A program made the translations under genes and the position numbers. From Flaccisagitta enflata (Eukaryota), in the NCBI GenBank assembly GCA_965153355.1, contig OZ231126.1:48422001-48486000 (forward strand): DNA of 64,000 nucleotides. Direction: 5' to 3'. The notes under the pieces were generated by a model. It was given only the letters and a program-made list of their open reading frames with translations, made no database searches and was not told where the DNA came from. Positions 27,883 to 48,072 of this stretch are shown in pieces. Every line of letters starts with the position of its first letter. The stretch's first letter is position 1.

Positions 27883-28213
27883 CTTCTGTCCCTCCTCGAA
27901 GTGGCACAGTCGTGACATTAGTCCCTGATTTATCAGCATTTCCGTCTTCCTTTGGTTCTTGTCAAAGTTGAGATCTTCGCTTCTCCTCAATCGGCTTCCT
28001 TTACTCCTCTTCATCCTTTCCCTCAGCAGCGTAAGCGCCGGGTCCCGCGACGATCCCAGACGGGTCGGCGCCGCGATGAGTTCCTGAGAGGCGCCGAGAG
28101 CGAGGACTGCTGCCGCGGCGTCGTTCCGCGCGGCGTCGATAAGGCAAAGGGCGCCGGCGTGCCGAGACGATGAAGAGGAAGGAGAGGAATTGCGACGCAG
28201 CGACAACGACAAC
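27883..28213 (-). CDS. INO80D: INO80D-like exon, start of zf-C3Hc3H-type domain
   Basis: tttaatag|G ... AAG|GTAGCG; encodes ...LIDAARNDAAAAVLAL...SRLCHFEEGQK; phases 2/0. Confidence 0.7.
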
Positions 28214-28375
28214 CTATTAAAAAGAACGGTATTTTTACGCCCGGCAGACAATAAAAGGATATATATACATGTATTGTACATGTTGGTTTAAAAACATTGT
28301 GAGTGAAATCATATCACTGCCTGTATATGACAAACTAAGCCACAGTCACAGATTTACCACAGTGTTGCTACATAC

Positions 28376-34784
<6,409 letters not shown>

Positions 34785-34936
34785 CTGTGAAATCAAAATA
34801 AGGAGGAAAATGACGAAATTGCAAAAATGAATGCATGGGTTAAGACATGCATGTGGAATTGATTGCTTATAATTAGAACATCGTCGATTGTAATGGATCG
34901 GTACCGTTTCAATTGGATGTATTGATAAAACATTAA

Positions 34937-35382
34937 AACAAGGCCAACACCTGTAAGTCGCGTGCGAGATTTACATTTAGAATGACTTAGAATGACTTAG
35001 AATGACTTAGAATAACTTAGTATACTCTTATACGACCTAAAATGACCTAAAGAAATAAAATTGATAAAAGAGTGAAGTGTAACCGACCGACCAACCAACC
35101 AACCAACCGACCGACCGACCGACGGACAGAGCGGGGTGTAGAGTCGCGTGCACGCGACTAAAAAAGTGTCAGTGTCAGATGTGAGCGATGCTTCTATCAT
35201 TACTTTAGTCGCGTGCACGTGATTCTATAACCCGTAATGTCGCGTCGGTCGGTCGGTCCCACTTAGCTTTTTCGGTGATTGCAGACGATTTTAGCATTAC
35301 TGCCCACTGCTTTTTAGCTTTTTTCATCTCTGTCCCTGTCCACCCGGACGCGACTTAAGTAGCCGTGTATCCGGCCTTGTTT
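34937..35382. mobile_element. Two oppositely oriented HINE-like elements (34937-35166 on -, 35204-35382 on +)
   Basis: AGTCGCGTGCACG hairpins, (GACC)/(GGTC)n tracts, AACAAGGCC and CCGGCCTTGTT ends. Confidence 0.65.
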
Positions 35383-35398
35383 TAATTATTTTTCATCG

Positions 35399-35517
<119 letters not shown>

Positions 35518-35631
35518 AAGAGGCCTTGGGTTCTTTTCTAATACAAAATCAAATCGATCTTAGGTAATCTATTTTCCTTGCTTGCGTTTGAAAAGATGAG
35601 CAAAAACTTTTACAAGGAAGCATAGCCTCTA

Positions 35632-35721
35632 CACGGCCGGGACAAAAACAGCAGGCAATGCAAAAAAAAAAAAAAAGGGGCGTACAACCCCCATCCACCT
35701 GCTGTGTTTGTCCCGGCCGTG
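35632..35721. mobile_element. Tiny (90-bp) MITE
   Basis: TA-CACGGCCGGGACAAA.ACAGCAGG...CCTGCTGTGTTTGTCCCGGCCGTG-TA. Confidence 0.65.
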
Positions 35722-37357
35722 TAAAACTCTTTGTTTCCTTGTAAATGTTTTTGCTACGTGTGTGTGTGTGTGTGTTTGCGTGGGCATGTGTGCACGTGTG
35801 CGTGGGGTCGACTCGAATGTGACACACGAACGGATCAATGGATGGACCGACACAATCGGGTGTGTCAATATGCAAAAGGTTTTTTGATCAGATGGTCATC
35901 ATCGGGACACTACCTCGAAGATCATTTTTATTTTTTTAAATTTCAAGATACTGTTATCTTCTGTTTTTAGTTGCGGACATGCAACTCTATAACAGGCTTT
36001 GTCCGTCCATTGGTCGGTCCGTAACCATCGAGTCGAAAAATGAGAAAATGCGCATTTCCGCCCCTGCCCACCCGTCCGCAACTGATGGCTGTGTATTCGG
36101 CCTTGTTTTCTTATTGCCACTAATCTGTATATTGTTGAGCAGCTAGTTTCGCATTAAAATTGTTGAACTTAAGGAAAGAAAGTTCAAGTACTTTTAATCA
36201 TATACCTTCAAACAGAAAGAAAAAAAAATAGCCGTTCAGACTAATTTTAAAAAAAAAACCTTTGTCCTAGCTGTTTACTCTCCCAAGTTTCTACTGCAAT
36301 GTTCAGAAACATAAAAAAACGCGATTAAAAACCTGACTTACTGTGTGACAGATGGAGTGATCAAACAGCAGACTGACCCACTCAGGTGTGCAAAAAAAAG
36401 ATGATGACCGATTTTGACATTGTAACACCAAGTCAAGATGGGGATTTTCATTTCAAGACGATCACCATTTTCCTTTTTTTAAAATTCGATCGGGAACCGT
36501 TTTTTTTTTTTTTTTTTATCAAAATCAAATGATATATCTGCACTCTTACTTGTCATAAAATTTGCTCAAAGAAATACCATTCTTCAATTATAAACTTTTA
36601 ATGTGATGGAACCAAGTAAGCTGTGGTTCAATTTTACACCTCATGGTGCTATAAAAAAAACATGGTGCAGGCCTTTAAATATATAGCCCCATATTATCCT
36701 AGTGTGATATCTCTATAGAATAATGTTTTGCATATTGGCACACCCGACTGACCCACGCTTATGGATGCCATGAAATTTTTTAAAATGTGTAAAACGACTA
36801 CGTGACCGGTGGGCCGACAGGCCGGCCGAAAAGTGGCACATCAAACCCCCCCGTCCTCTCTAATTAGTCACGTGACGTGACTCACGTCCTCGCGACTCTT
36901 GAGGTTGATGCATCGATCGATTGGTCGGACCGTCGCATCGGTCGGTTCCGCAGTGTGATTCATAATAGTCCTTACAGTCATCAATGTCGGTGTCATGTCA
37001 AACTGTGTAACTCTGGATGTATGAAAAGTGGAACAATATCCCTCACTATACCCAAACTGAAATTAATGGAAGAAAGCCTTGTGAACCCTCACTGACTAGT
37101 TAATACGCGCACCACTCCTAGTTTTCCATGAAACAGAATCTGAAAACATTCCTTCTCAATCTAACCCAAAAGCAAACTTCTTACCAAAAGTAGTTAGGGC
37201 AATGATTGTTACTTTTTTAACCAAAATTCAACAAATCACCCGAGGGTAACATTGTTAAGAAACCATACCCTTAAGAGGATAGAATCGAGGTCAAGCTTAA
37301 TGCGACCGCCGGACATTCCAATCCAAGGTACTGAGTAGTATGAAAAGTATGCATCAC

Positions 37358-37569
37358 CTTGATCGCCATTCGTTCATTACTTTCCCATGGTTTGATTCAG
37401 AATCTGCGATGCAGCGCGCCGTCGATTGTAACAACGAAGAAGGCGTTGCCGTCATGACGTCGACGGCGTTGCCTATCGGCGCCGACGAAGAGTTGGCGTC
37501 TTCCGGATTCGGCGCCGAAGAACCGGAAATGACGCTCATCGTGACGAGAGGCGAAGAGGGCGCCGTCAT
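37358..37569 (-). CDS. INO80D-like gene, first securely placed coding exon (true start may lie upstream)
   Basis: Acceptor ctttcag| at 37588, in-frame ATG at 37569; donor AG|GTGATG (phase 2) fits the next exon. Confidence 0.6.
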
Positions 37570-37795
37570 GGGCGAAGAGGAGGTCAGTCTGAAAGCCAAA
37601 GAATGTGACAAAAATTAGAAGAACAAGAGGAAGAACAAGAACAAGTAAAAGATAAATAAGAACTTCTTAGTCGGAATGAGAGCGGGAAAAAGAAAAAGAA
37701 TAAAAAGGAATGAATGAATAAGTAGAAAAAGAAAAAGAAAAAGAAAAAGAAAAAGAAAAAGATGAAGAAAAAGAAGTAGAAAATAAGAAATAGAA

Positions 37796-38118
37796 GTCGC
37801 AAAAGCGTTAGATGGTCAGCGGTACCCGTTGCCCCTTTGTGAGTGTATGTGGGTGTAAGGTAATTAGAGGGGCAGCGGCACCGAAGGGGCTGATGACCTA
37901 TGCTGTTTTTATTTGAGCCTCAAGGCTGGAATTGGGGCCTTGAGGCTGGGATTTGAGCTTCGAGGCTGATATTTGAGCCTCAAGGCTGGGATTTGAGCTT
38001 CAAGGCTGGGAATTGAGCTTCGAGGCTGAGATTTGAGCCTCGAGGCTAGGATTTGGGCCGCGAGACTAGGATTTGGGCCTCGAGACTAGGATTTCAGCTT
38101 CGAGGCTGGGATTTGAGG
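37796..38118. repeat. Interspersed repeat with 21-bp internal units (also ~43676-44237, 44663-44890; related 47581-48072)
   Basis: Shared CAAAAGCGTTAGATGGTCAGCGGTACCCGT and GGGCAGCGGC.CCGAAGGGG..GATGACCT heads, followed by TTTGAGCCTCGAGGCTGGGAT-type units. Confidence 0.7.
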
Positions 38119-38119
38119 G

Positions 38120-38145
38120 AAGAAGAAGAAGAAGAAGAAGAAGAA

Positions 38146-38176
<31 letters not shown>

Positions 38177-38206
38177 AAGAAGAAGAAGAAGAAGAAGAAG
38201 AAGAAG

Positions 38207-38300
<94 letters not shown>

Positions 38301-38408
38301 GAAGAAGAAGAAGAAGAAGAAGAAGAAGAAGAAGAAGAAGAAGAAGAAGAAGAAGAAGAAGAAAAAGAAGGAGAAGAAGAAGAAGATCAACAACAAAAAC
38401 AAAAATAA

Positions 38409-38477
<69 letters not shown>

Positions 38478-38506
38478 AAACAACAACAGAAGAAGAAGAA
38501 GAAGAA

Positions 38507-38538
<32 letters not shown>

Positions 38539-38570
38539 AGAACAACAACAACAACAATAACAATAACAAC
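38120..38570. repeat. Compound (GAA)n/(CAA)n microsatellite, intronic
   Basis: Alternating blocks visible directly. Confidence 0.9.
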
Positions 38571-39244
38571 GACAAGAGGAAGGACAAAAACTGAAAAATG
38601 ACAAGAAGTGACGCGGGGTCAATGTTAAATGTCTTAAAATGACTTGAAACGACTTAAAACGGCGAAAGAAAGTTAATGGAGACGGACAGACCAACCGACC
38701 GACCAACATAGCGAGTCATACAGTGGCGTAGCACGCGACTAAAAAGAACAATTAGAAAAATGATAAAAAAATGTCGTAAGGTTTTGAAGATGAATTTCAA
38801 TAATATCAACGCAACGTTGTTACTGCATGTTGCATGTATATACCTTCGATATTAGTGGCACCCCCATCGTCTTTTTTCGTGGAAGAGGGGTAGTCTGTTC
38901 GGAGGATGAGCATGAGGAGGATGTGGAAAATGAGGAAAAACACAAAGAGGGTCGAAGCGTTTATGAGTGTGGGGAAGGAGAGGAGGCGAAAATGGTGGAG
39001 ACATAATGGAACCTGCGCAGGAAAAATTAAATGAAATTTTGAACCAAAATTTGCATTTTTTGCTAATAACGCAATTTGCAATTCAAGGAGGGAAAAAGTC
39101 GACGAAAAAATTAAATGGGAAGCGAAACAAATTGGCGCCAAAATGGTGAGTGACTGAAGAATGATGTTTTAGCAAAAGTTTCCAACCTTAATCTTTTTTT
39201 AAGCTGCATAGTTCCGTCATTCCTTCTTTTTTGTTCCCACTTCA

Positions 39245-39329
<85 letters not shown>

Positions 39330-39473
39330 ATCTTTCTTTTTCATTTTCACTTTTCTTTCATTCATTCATTCATCTATTCATTATTTCATTCATTCATTCA
39401 TTCATTCATTCATTCATTCATTCATTCATTCCTTCTTTCTCTCTTTCTTTCTTCCTTTCTGTTCCCACACTAT

Positions 39474-40695
39474 CAGTAATGGCGGCTGTCGCCGTGAGGA
39501 AAAAAGTCGTAAACATTGGACACTTTTCACCATGCTTTTCTCTTCAGTCACTGAATTCTTTTTTATTTACTAGATCAAATCAAAAGCAGTTGAATGGATT
39601 GCTTGCATTGAAAATCAAAGAAAAATAGAACTGAGCCAAATAAGCTAGATGAGCTAAAATAATCAAAATATTTCAACCAGACAACCAGCTTTGCTCACTG
39701 ACATGCTTTCTTGTATTTGCCTGCTTAAATTAAAACAATACCGTATTTTTTCCATTTATCGCCCCCCCTCCAATTAGCGCCCCCCACCTCTTTTTGCTCC
39801 TCTCAAAAAAATAATTTGAGCGAAGATGAAGAAGCAAATAATCTGCGAAAAAGGAAAGATTGCGCTTGTTTTAGTGTTTTTATAAAAGCTTGAACAAATA
39901 ACAAATAAAAAAAGTTACTCTGACACATAAAATTTTGCATTTCTGATATCTAAAGAAGTATTTTTTGTGAATGACATAGGATAAAACAGTGCTCAAAAAT
40001 CAAAAGGGGGCGCTAATTAGAGGGTAAAATGACAATCTCTTATTTAAATTTCAAAAGCGCCCGGGGCGCTAATTAGAAAAAATACGGTAATTTATTTACC
40101 CTTTTTTTAATCAAAGAAAAAGAGCAAGCTAAATGAGCTAAATGAGCCGGAATACTTAAAATCACCCTCACAGATGAGCAACTCTGCTCACTAACATGTT
40201 TTTAGTTGCGGACACGCAACTCTATAAGAGCCTTTGTCCGTCGGTCCGTCGGTCCATCCGTCCGTCCGTCCATGAACACGAGTCAAAAAATGTGAAAACG
40301 CGCATTTCCGCCCCTGCCCACCCATCCGCAACTGGTATTGGCCGTGTATCCGGCCTTGTTTTTATTTGCTTGGTTAAACAAGTATGAAAATATTCATTCA
40401 TTTATCGTATTTGAAATCAGAAAGAATAGACTGAGCTAAGTGAGCTAAATTGTTCAAAAACGCCCTCATAGATGAGCAGCTGTGCTCATAAACATGTTTT
40501 TTTTTATTATACATGCTCAAGTAAACATAAATACACTCCTTTTTTGATCCAACACAAAATGAAAAAAAAATTTAAAAAATTCCATTCAAATTTTTCATAA
40601 ATAAATCTTTTAAAAATCATAGCGCGAAAAATATTTGGCGTAGAGCATTCTGCTTGGCGCCAAATGAAAGAGAATTATTGAATTTACTTACCCTA
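39474..40695 (+). mobile_element. Interspersed ~0.7-kb element with two nested insertions; uninterrupted inverted copy at ~62316-63027, relic at ~24497-24850
   Basis: Shared CAGTAATGGCGGCTGTCGCCGTGAGG start and GCTTGGCGCCAAATGAAAGAGAATTAT...TTACTTACCCT segment. Confidence 0.75.
39741..40087. mobile_element. Tc2/pogo-like MITE (nested)
   Basis: TA-CCGTATTTTTTC...GAAAAAATACGG-TA with repeated subterminal AATTAGCGCCCC. Confidence 0.75.
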
Positions 40696-41680
40696 TTAAT
40701 TTCAAAGGAGGCTCTAATCAGCCTGATGAGATGCACAACTTCCCCATAAGAAAATGAATATGTCAAAAAGTCGAAGACTTTTTCCCGATTACTTTCTTTA
40801 TTTTAATATTTTTTCTTTCTTTTTTCTTTCTTTTTTTTCTTTCTTTTTTGTCGCGGACACGCGACTCTACACCTTGCTGTGTCGGTCCGTCCGTCCGTCC
40901 GTGATTTGCGAGCGTTTTTTTTTTGTTTTTTTTTTTTTTTTGCATCACTGCCCTTGCCTAACCGTCCGCGTCTCTGATGCCGTGTATCCGGCCTTGTTTT
41001 TTTTTCTCTTAGATTTAGTAATAGTACGCCCATGATTACCCGCCCGGGATTTGTTTTTACGCCTTTATTCCTGTTTTCTTTTTAAAAGACGCAATTCAGT
41101 GTAGGATCTCACCGGGTTCAAAAACAGCCGAGAAACGCAGTTTTTGCACAGGACGGACGGACAGACAGACCGACGGACGGACCAACCGACAGACCGACAG
41201 ATCCTCTTATAGAGATGCGTTCCTCACGGACGCATCTAAAATCTATTACCTTTTTAGTTGCGTGCTACGCGACTCTATAAGCCACTTTTCGGTCGGTCGG
41301 TCCGTCGGTCGGGCCATCAGTCGGTCCGTAATTGCGTAACAAAACTGTTTTAAGGTTTTTTTTGAAGCGTTTTAATGTCTCTGCATGGTAGAAAAGAAAC
41401 TTTGTGGAGTAAATGGCCATTTCAAATGTCTTTTTGAAAAGAAATTATTTGTTTGTCTGTCTGTCTGCCTGACTTTTTTTGACGACCACGACTTAGGTCT
41501 AATGACCTTTTTTTACTTTCATGAGGTCTTCGGCCTCACTCTTCCTGCCAAATGCTATGGTCACCAGATACTGCCCCTACCCACCCGCACGCGACTGGGG
41601 TAGCTGTGCATCCGGCCTTTTTTTTATCACTGTCTCTGCCCACCCGCACGCGACTGGGGTAGCCGTGTAGCCGGCCTTCT
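40198..41680. mobile_element. Cluster of HINE-like elements (40198-40361, 40845-40998, ~41035-41241, 41251-41680)
   Basis: Each has a T-run, hairpin, CTATA and (GTCY)n; most end CCGTGTATCCGGCCTT. Confidence 0.65.
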
Positions 41681-41859
41681 TTTTTGTCATCCTTTCTTCA
41701 TCACTCCACTGCACTGCGAGAAAGTACAATAAACCCCTATAAACGTCAGTGAACAAAACACAAAAGTTAGATAACTCACGTGTCACACGTCAACCTCGGT
41801 CGCGTGCAGGAGCACACAAAATACTAATCGAAAACAGCCGTTCCCGGATTGCCCATGTA

Positions 41860-42616
41860 CAGTATGATTGTTTTCGTTTGTAACATTTCATGACGACATA
41901 ATTCTTAAAGTAATTGAAATAATTGAATTCAGAAAAGAGATCCTAAAAGACTATGAAAATACATTTTATTACATATCAATCAAAGGATCTACTTAGAAAA
42001 ATTTGATTCACTCATGAAAAAATGAACTACAGGACCAACTTGACAAATTGTCAAAATGAAAAATTTGGGAAAATTTACCAGATGGACTGGTTACCTTTAA
42101 ATTGTTCTCATTTCTAAACGGTTTGAGCTACAGATGCCAGATTGGTCTCAAATGAAAGATAATTAGATCTAGTTTTAAGGTCTTCTGAAAAGTAAGCACT
42201 GATTTGATGTTTTGTATAAAAATTATTACATATAAGCAGGTATTTTTGTTAAATTTTTAAAAATAATCCCATTTCTTTCATGTTTTTATAATACGTGTTT
42301 CCAAAAAGGTTTTTCTTTTTATTTTATTTTCATTTGAGACCAACCTGGTATTTGTAGGTCAAATCGTTTAGAAATAAGAGCAATCCAAAGAAAAACAGTT
42401 TATCTCAAAACATGAAAAACAGTTTATTTTAGCCAAAAATGCCTTACAACTAAAAGTAAGAAATCTGGATCAAAATTTTGTTGAAAAGTCTTGGGATTTT
42501 GATATCATTAAATGTAATTTAAATATCTTTTACTACCTTTTTTCAGAATATGATTATCTAAACAAATTTTTAAGTTATGTCGTCATGAAATGTTACAAAC
42601 GAAAACAATCATACTG
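41860..42616. mobile_element. MITE
   Basis: ~40-bp TIR CAGTATGATTGTTTTCGTTTGTAACATTTCATGACGACATAA, TA flanks. Confidence 0.82.
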
Positions 42617-43582
42617 TAAGATCGACAAACACAGCTTCATAGTAAGATAACAAGCCCAGCTTCATAGTAAGATAGCAAGCCCATGCGGGCAACTTGATGA
42701 GTCATCTGCGTGATATCAGAAGAGGCGTAACGGACGGACGGACAGACCCTCTTATAGAGACGCATCTAAAAACGCTGGTCTTGTATAGAATTGATAGGAA
42801 ATTAAGGCTAAAACCGCTAAATCCTATTGAATTTATCCCCTGCTATTTATCAATTGCATCATCCTCATTCTTTTTGTTTACGCAGATCGTAAAATTCAAG
42901 GCAAATGATTGTGGACGGCGACGATGGTTGAGTTGAACAATTTCTTCATGGGTTGTGAAAAAGAACAAGGCCAAACAACCCAACAATGCGTCCTCTAAGA
43001 ATGTAAGTTTTTTAGTCAGGTGCTACGCGACTCTATAAGTAATTGTTTGGTTGGTCCGTCGGTCCGTTCATCACGAAGGCGTTTTGAACGTTTTAAAGAC
43101 ATTTTAAATGTTTTTGAGGCATCCACAATCATTTGTTGGTCAGTTAGTCAGTCAGTTGTTTTTTTAGTCAATCATCGGTTGGTCGCTTGGTCAGTTCGTC
43201 CATCACCAAGTCGTTTTAAAGGCTTTTTATCACGGTATTTATGTTTCTACCCATTAAAGATCTTTTCAAAAAATTGAGTCAGTCTATATGTCTGTCTGTC
43301 CGTTTGCCTGACTTTTGACTGAGAGCGTTGACACTTGGTTTAATGACCTTGTGGAATGAATGATTGAATGAATGAAACGATGTAAGTGTGCTGCTTTCCA
43401 AATAAAAGCGCTTTGGATTTCGGGATTTTAACACACAGACAGACAGACGGACAAGCAGATTTCGGGATTTTAACACACAGAAAGACAGGCAGATACACAG
43501 ACAGACACACACACACACACAGACAGAGAGACATGGCCTCCCTCCTAGAGATACGAGGGAGCATTTAAAAATACCGGCCAAG

Positions 43583-43670
<88 letters not shown>

Positions 43671-45446
43671 GATAGTCACAAAAGCGTTAGATGGTCAGCG
43701 GTACCCGTGCCCTACAATAGTTGGTTGTGCTTGAAGTTGAAAGGGGAGTAGGGCTGCCGTCCCGAAAGGAGTTGATGACCTATGCTTTCACAAATATGTG
43801 GAATTTTCTCCTCCTCTTTTTATTGCTCCTCCCTTGAAATCCCAGTCTCCTGGCTCAAATTCCAGTCTCCAGGCCCAAATCCCAATCTTGAGGCCACAAT
43901 CACAGTTTTGATGCCCAAATTCTAGCCTGAAGGCCAAATCCTAGCCTGGAGGCCCAGTTCCCAGCCTTGAGGCCCAAATCTCAACTTCAAGGTTGGGATC
44001 TGGGCCTGTTGGCTGAGATTTTGGCTTAATGCGGGGATCTGGGCCTTCAAGTTAGGATTTTTTGCCTTGAAGCTAGAATTTGGGCCTCCAGACTAGGATT
44101 GGGGCCTCAAGACTGAATTTGAGCCTCAAGACTGGGATTTGAGGGGGGTGGTATAAAGGAGAAGGAAAAGAATGATGAGGAGAAAATTCCCCATATGTGT
44201 GAAAGCATAGGTCATCGACCCCTTTGGAGCCGCTGCAAAAAAACAAGGCCAAGTGAAGGCCAATAAGTGCGCCTCGCTTGATTAAGAATTTGTGAATGAA
44301 TGTTTTTGATGAATGAATGAATGAATTAATTAATGATTGAATGAATGAATGAATGAATGAATGAATGAATGAATGAATGAAGGAAAGAATGAATGTGGTG
44401 AGGCATAAAAGGTGATAGGAATGAGGAAATACGTCAGAATCAGCCGTTTGCGCATTTTCAACGTTTGCGTGACCGACCGACCGACCGACCAACCGACCAA
44501 CCGACCAACCGACCGACCGACGGACATGACCTCTTATAGAAGTGCGAGGACGCACTTAAAAATGAGAGAATACCCGAGTGATTTAGAAGAACGATGAAAT
44601 TGGAAAAGGGAAAATGAGGAGGAGGATGAAAATGGAGTAAGAGGATGAGGAGCAGGAAAAATAGTCGCAAAAGCGTTAGATGGTCAGCGGTACCCGTGCC
44701 CTGCCTTAGTAGGTTGTGGTTGCAGCTGAGGGGGGAGCAGGGCAGCGGCCCCGAAGGGGTCGATGACCTCTGCTTTCACACATGGGAATTTTCTCCTTCT
44801 CCGCACCCCCACCCCCACCTCCAGGTCCATATCTCAGCCTCGAAGCCCATATCCCAGCCTCGAGGCCCAAATCCCAGTCTTAAGGCCTTCGGTTAGTGGG
44901 ATATACTTATATGATGGCATCTGACGTTGTCTAGGACGGACAACCCAACTAAATTAGAATTTACATAAGTATCTAACAAAAGCTACCTCGGTACATGATG
45001 GTTCATTTCCAATGATGCAAAATACCAACATTTGGAACACGGCCATATGATTGAACTAGCTTTTACGCTGACACACCATAACCATAACCATCAGGTAAAG
45101 CGGCAAAAAAAAAAAAAAAAAAAAAAAAAAACACACACACGTTAAAATCTACTTATTTTGACGAACGCAGGTCTTAACTTAAACTGAGATGGAGGTTTGG
45201 CATAATGCGATAAAACATTCCGCAAGACAGGTTTGCAGTAATGTGCGCTACAACGACGCTGAGGTGGCATCTCATTCATCGGTCACCAACCGCCATGGCA
45301 ATACGGACATCAGATACATTTTTTTTTATAAGAACCAAGTTTATAAGAATGTTAGGCTTCAAATCGTCAAAAATTTAAGAACATCATTAAACCATCGGAA
45401 GCGGCCAGAAGTCTCACTTGCAAAATTCTTAAAAAAAAAAAAAAAA

Positions 45447-46423
45447 GGACCCATCCCAGATTTTTGCACAGGGGACCTAAAAAGGCTGTAGAACAAGATT
45501 CTGATGTTCATTTTGACCTGACTTGAGCCAAAAAAAAAAGAAACGGTTTTTATTGCAAAAAACGGCTATTTTTCCTAAAAAAATAGTATTAAATGAAATT
45601 TTTTTGACTTTTTTTTTACAGAAACATAAAGTCCCAATAGTAATTGATATTTGAGTGACTCTAGAACAATTTTGAATTGGTCTATGAGGTTCAAAAATAG
45701 CATTAAAATGCTCAAAAATGAAGAAATGACCTAAAAATTAAAAAATTGTCAAAACTGATGTTTTGGAACAGTTTCTTAGGGTAAAATATGCTGTCAGTAT
45801 GAATTTCATCGATTTACTTAAAAAAACATAGCCGTGATAAGCGAAAAACGCAAAACCGCAATATGCAAATGAGGTCAAAGTGCGGTTTTTGCAAAAAATG
45901 GCTTTGGAAAGGTAAGAACTCAATTTTTTATTGTGTTTAGCTTCTATAAAAAGAAAAAACATGTTTTGCTATTTTTTGCAAAAACCGCACTTTGATCTCA
46001 TTTGCATATTGCGGTTTTGCGTTTTTCACTTATCACGGCCATATTTTTTTAAGTAAATCGATGAAATTCATACTGACAGCATATTTTTCCCTAAAAAACT
46101 GTTCCAAATCATCAGTTTCGACAATTTTTTAATTCTTAGGTCATTTCTTCATTTTTGAGTATTTTAATGCTATTTCTGAACCTCATAGACCTTTTAAAAA
46201 TTGTTCTACATTCACTCAAATATCAATTACTATTGGTACTTTATGTTTCTGCAAAAAAAAGGGTCAAAATATTTCATTTTATACCATTTTTTTAGGAAAA
46301 ATAGCTGTTTTTTGCACTAAAACCCGTTTCTTTTTTTTTTGGCTCAAGTTAGGTCAAAATGAACATCAGTATCTTGTTCTACAGCCTTTTTAGGTCCCCT
46401 GTGCAAAAATCTGGGATGGGTCC
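45447..46423. mobile_element. ~1-kb near-perfect foldback palindrome nested in an older TIR element (~45318-46885)
   Basis: Arms of ~450 bp starting GGACCCATCCCAGATTTTTGCACAGGGGACC, short loop near 45900-45970; outer TTTTTTTATAAGAAC/GTTCTCATAAAAAAA. Confidence 0.85.
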
Positions 46424-47580
46424 ATTTTTTTTTCCATAACCCTTAAAATTGAGATTTTCTCCATCAAGATTCCTGGCCGGAAGGCTTCATTGGAAGGCTT
46501 CATGAAAAAATTTAAGAACATTAGGCTTAATATCATAAAAATGTTAGAACATTTTTTTTTCTGAGGCTTTTTTTAATCAATTGTTCTTTGTAAATAGACA
46601 GACTCAGTATCTTTCCTGCTCAGCAAATCCTTTTTTAGATATATAGCATGTATTTTTTTAATTTCAATGATTTTAATACATTTAGAATGTTAAAACCAAC
46701 TGCTTTGTTGTTTCATTAATGTTTTTCATCATTTTCTCCTTAATAAAGTAATTAGGAACGTTCTTAATTGAAGGTTAAAATGTGCATTTGAATTAAGAAT
46801 AATTTAAAAACCTTCAAGCCTTGAAACTGCTCAAAATTTCAGAACATTGAAGGCTTGCCCAAAAAATGACGTTCTCATAAAAAAACAAGGTCATTAGACC
46901 TAAGTCGCGTGCGTCGGCACTTTCAAAAACAGTCAGGCAGACAGACTGACAAACAATTTTTTTTTTCAAAAAGACATTTTAAACAGCTATTTACTACTCC
47001 AAGCATCTTCTCCATTACTTAAAGACTTGATAAATACGATAAAAAACCTTTTAAACGACTTTGTGACGGACAGACTGACGGACCAACGGACCGAAAAGTG
47101 GCTTTTAAAGTCGCGTAGCACGCGACTAAAAATGTGTAGCACGAATACTTATCTTTAGTAACAAATACCTAACATTAGAATCGTTTTTAATTGCTGAAGC
47201 GAAAAAAAGGAGATGGAAACAAAATAAGAGGGCTCCCTATGACGAGATGGAATCAGATGGTTGTTATCTTGCAATGGCACCATGACTATGGTGCCATTCC
47301 ATCTAGAATCTTTTGGTCGAGTGAGGATTTTTCTCAAACAAAAGCTGCCATGAGCCGTGAGCGTGTCCTTCCAACTATGGCGAATCTCAGTCTGATACTC
47401 AGGCCTAAGGCTGTTGTGAGAAAACTTCTGTAAAATGATTACGTGTAGGCCTTTATTATTTTTTCCCTCTGCTCACCAGTCCAACCTCAAGAGTTACGTA
47501 ACAACTCTCCCCAACCCTTTCTGTAATACTGTCTGCTTGAATTTTGCCCCGTCCCTCCCACCTCCAGATTTCAGTTTTTG

Positions 47581-48072
47581 GGCAGCGGCCCCGAAGGGGG
47601 CGAAGTCCTGTAGAACACAGGGGGACTTTTGTTTGTCCATTTGTTCGTTTATTCGTTAGTCCCCCCAGGCCTTCTCAGGCCTGAAATCTGCCCTCTCAGG
47701 CCTGAAATTTGCACTCTTAGGCTTGACATCTGCCCTCTCAGGCCTTGAATCTGCCCTCTCAGGCCTGAAATCTGCCTTCTCAGGCCTGAAACCTGTCCTC
47801 TCAGGCCTTAGATCTGCCCTTACAGATTCAAGCCCTGAGAGGGCAGATTTCAGGCCTGAGAGGGAAGATTTAAGGCCTGAGAGGGCAGATTTCAGGCCTA
47901 AGAAGGCCTGGGGGGGTCTGACGGACGGACGGACAAACAAAAGTCCCCCTGTGTTCTACAGGACTTTGTCCCCTTCGGGACCGCTGCCCTGCTTCCTTTC
48001 ATTCCAATTTACAATCATGCAAAGCAGGGCAATGGGTATCGCTGACCACATATTGCCCTTGGGCGACCTGTT
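47581..48072. mobile_element. Palindromic element with inverted 21-bp arrays
   Basis: GGGCAGCGG.CCCGAAGGGG..AAGTCCTGTAGAACACAGGGGGAC inverted at 47940-47989; CTGAAATCTGCCCTCTCAGGC units switch orientation at ~47825. Confidence 0.75.

Noticed and set aside
36886..37012. Possible extra INO80D-like exon and adjacent GTCACGTGAC E-box/CLEAR motif
   Set aside because: Inclusion breaks the frame into the 34784 exon; a single intronic motif is weak evidence.
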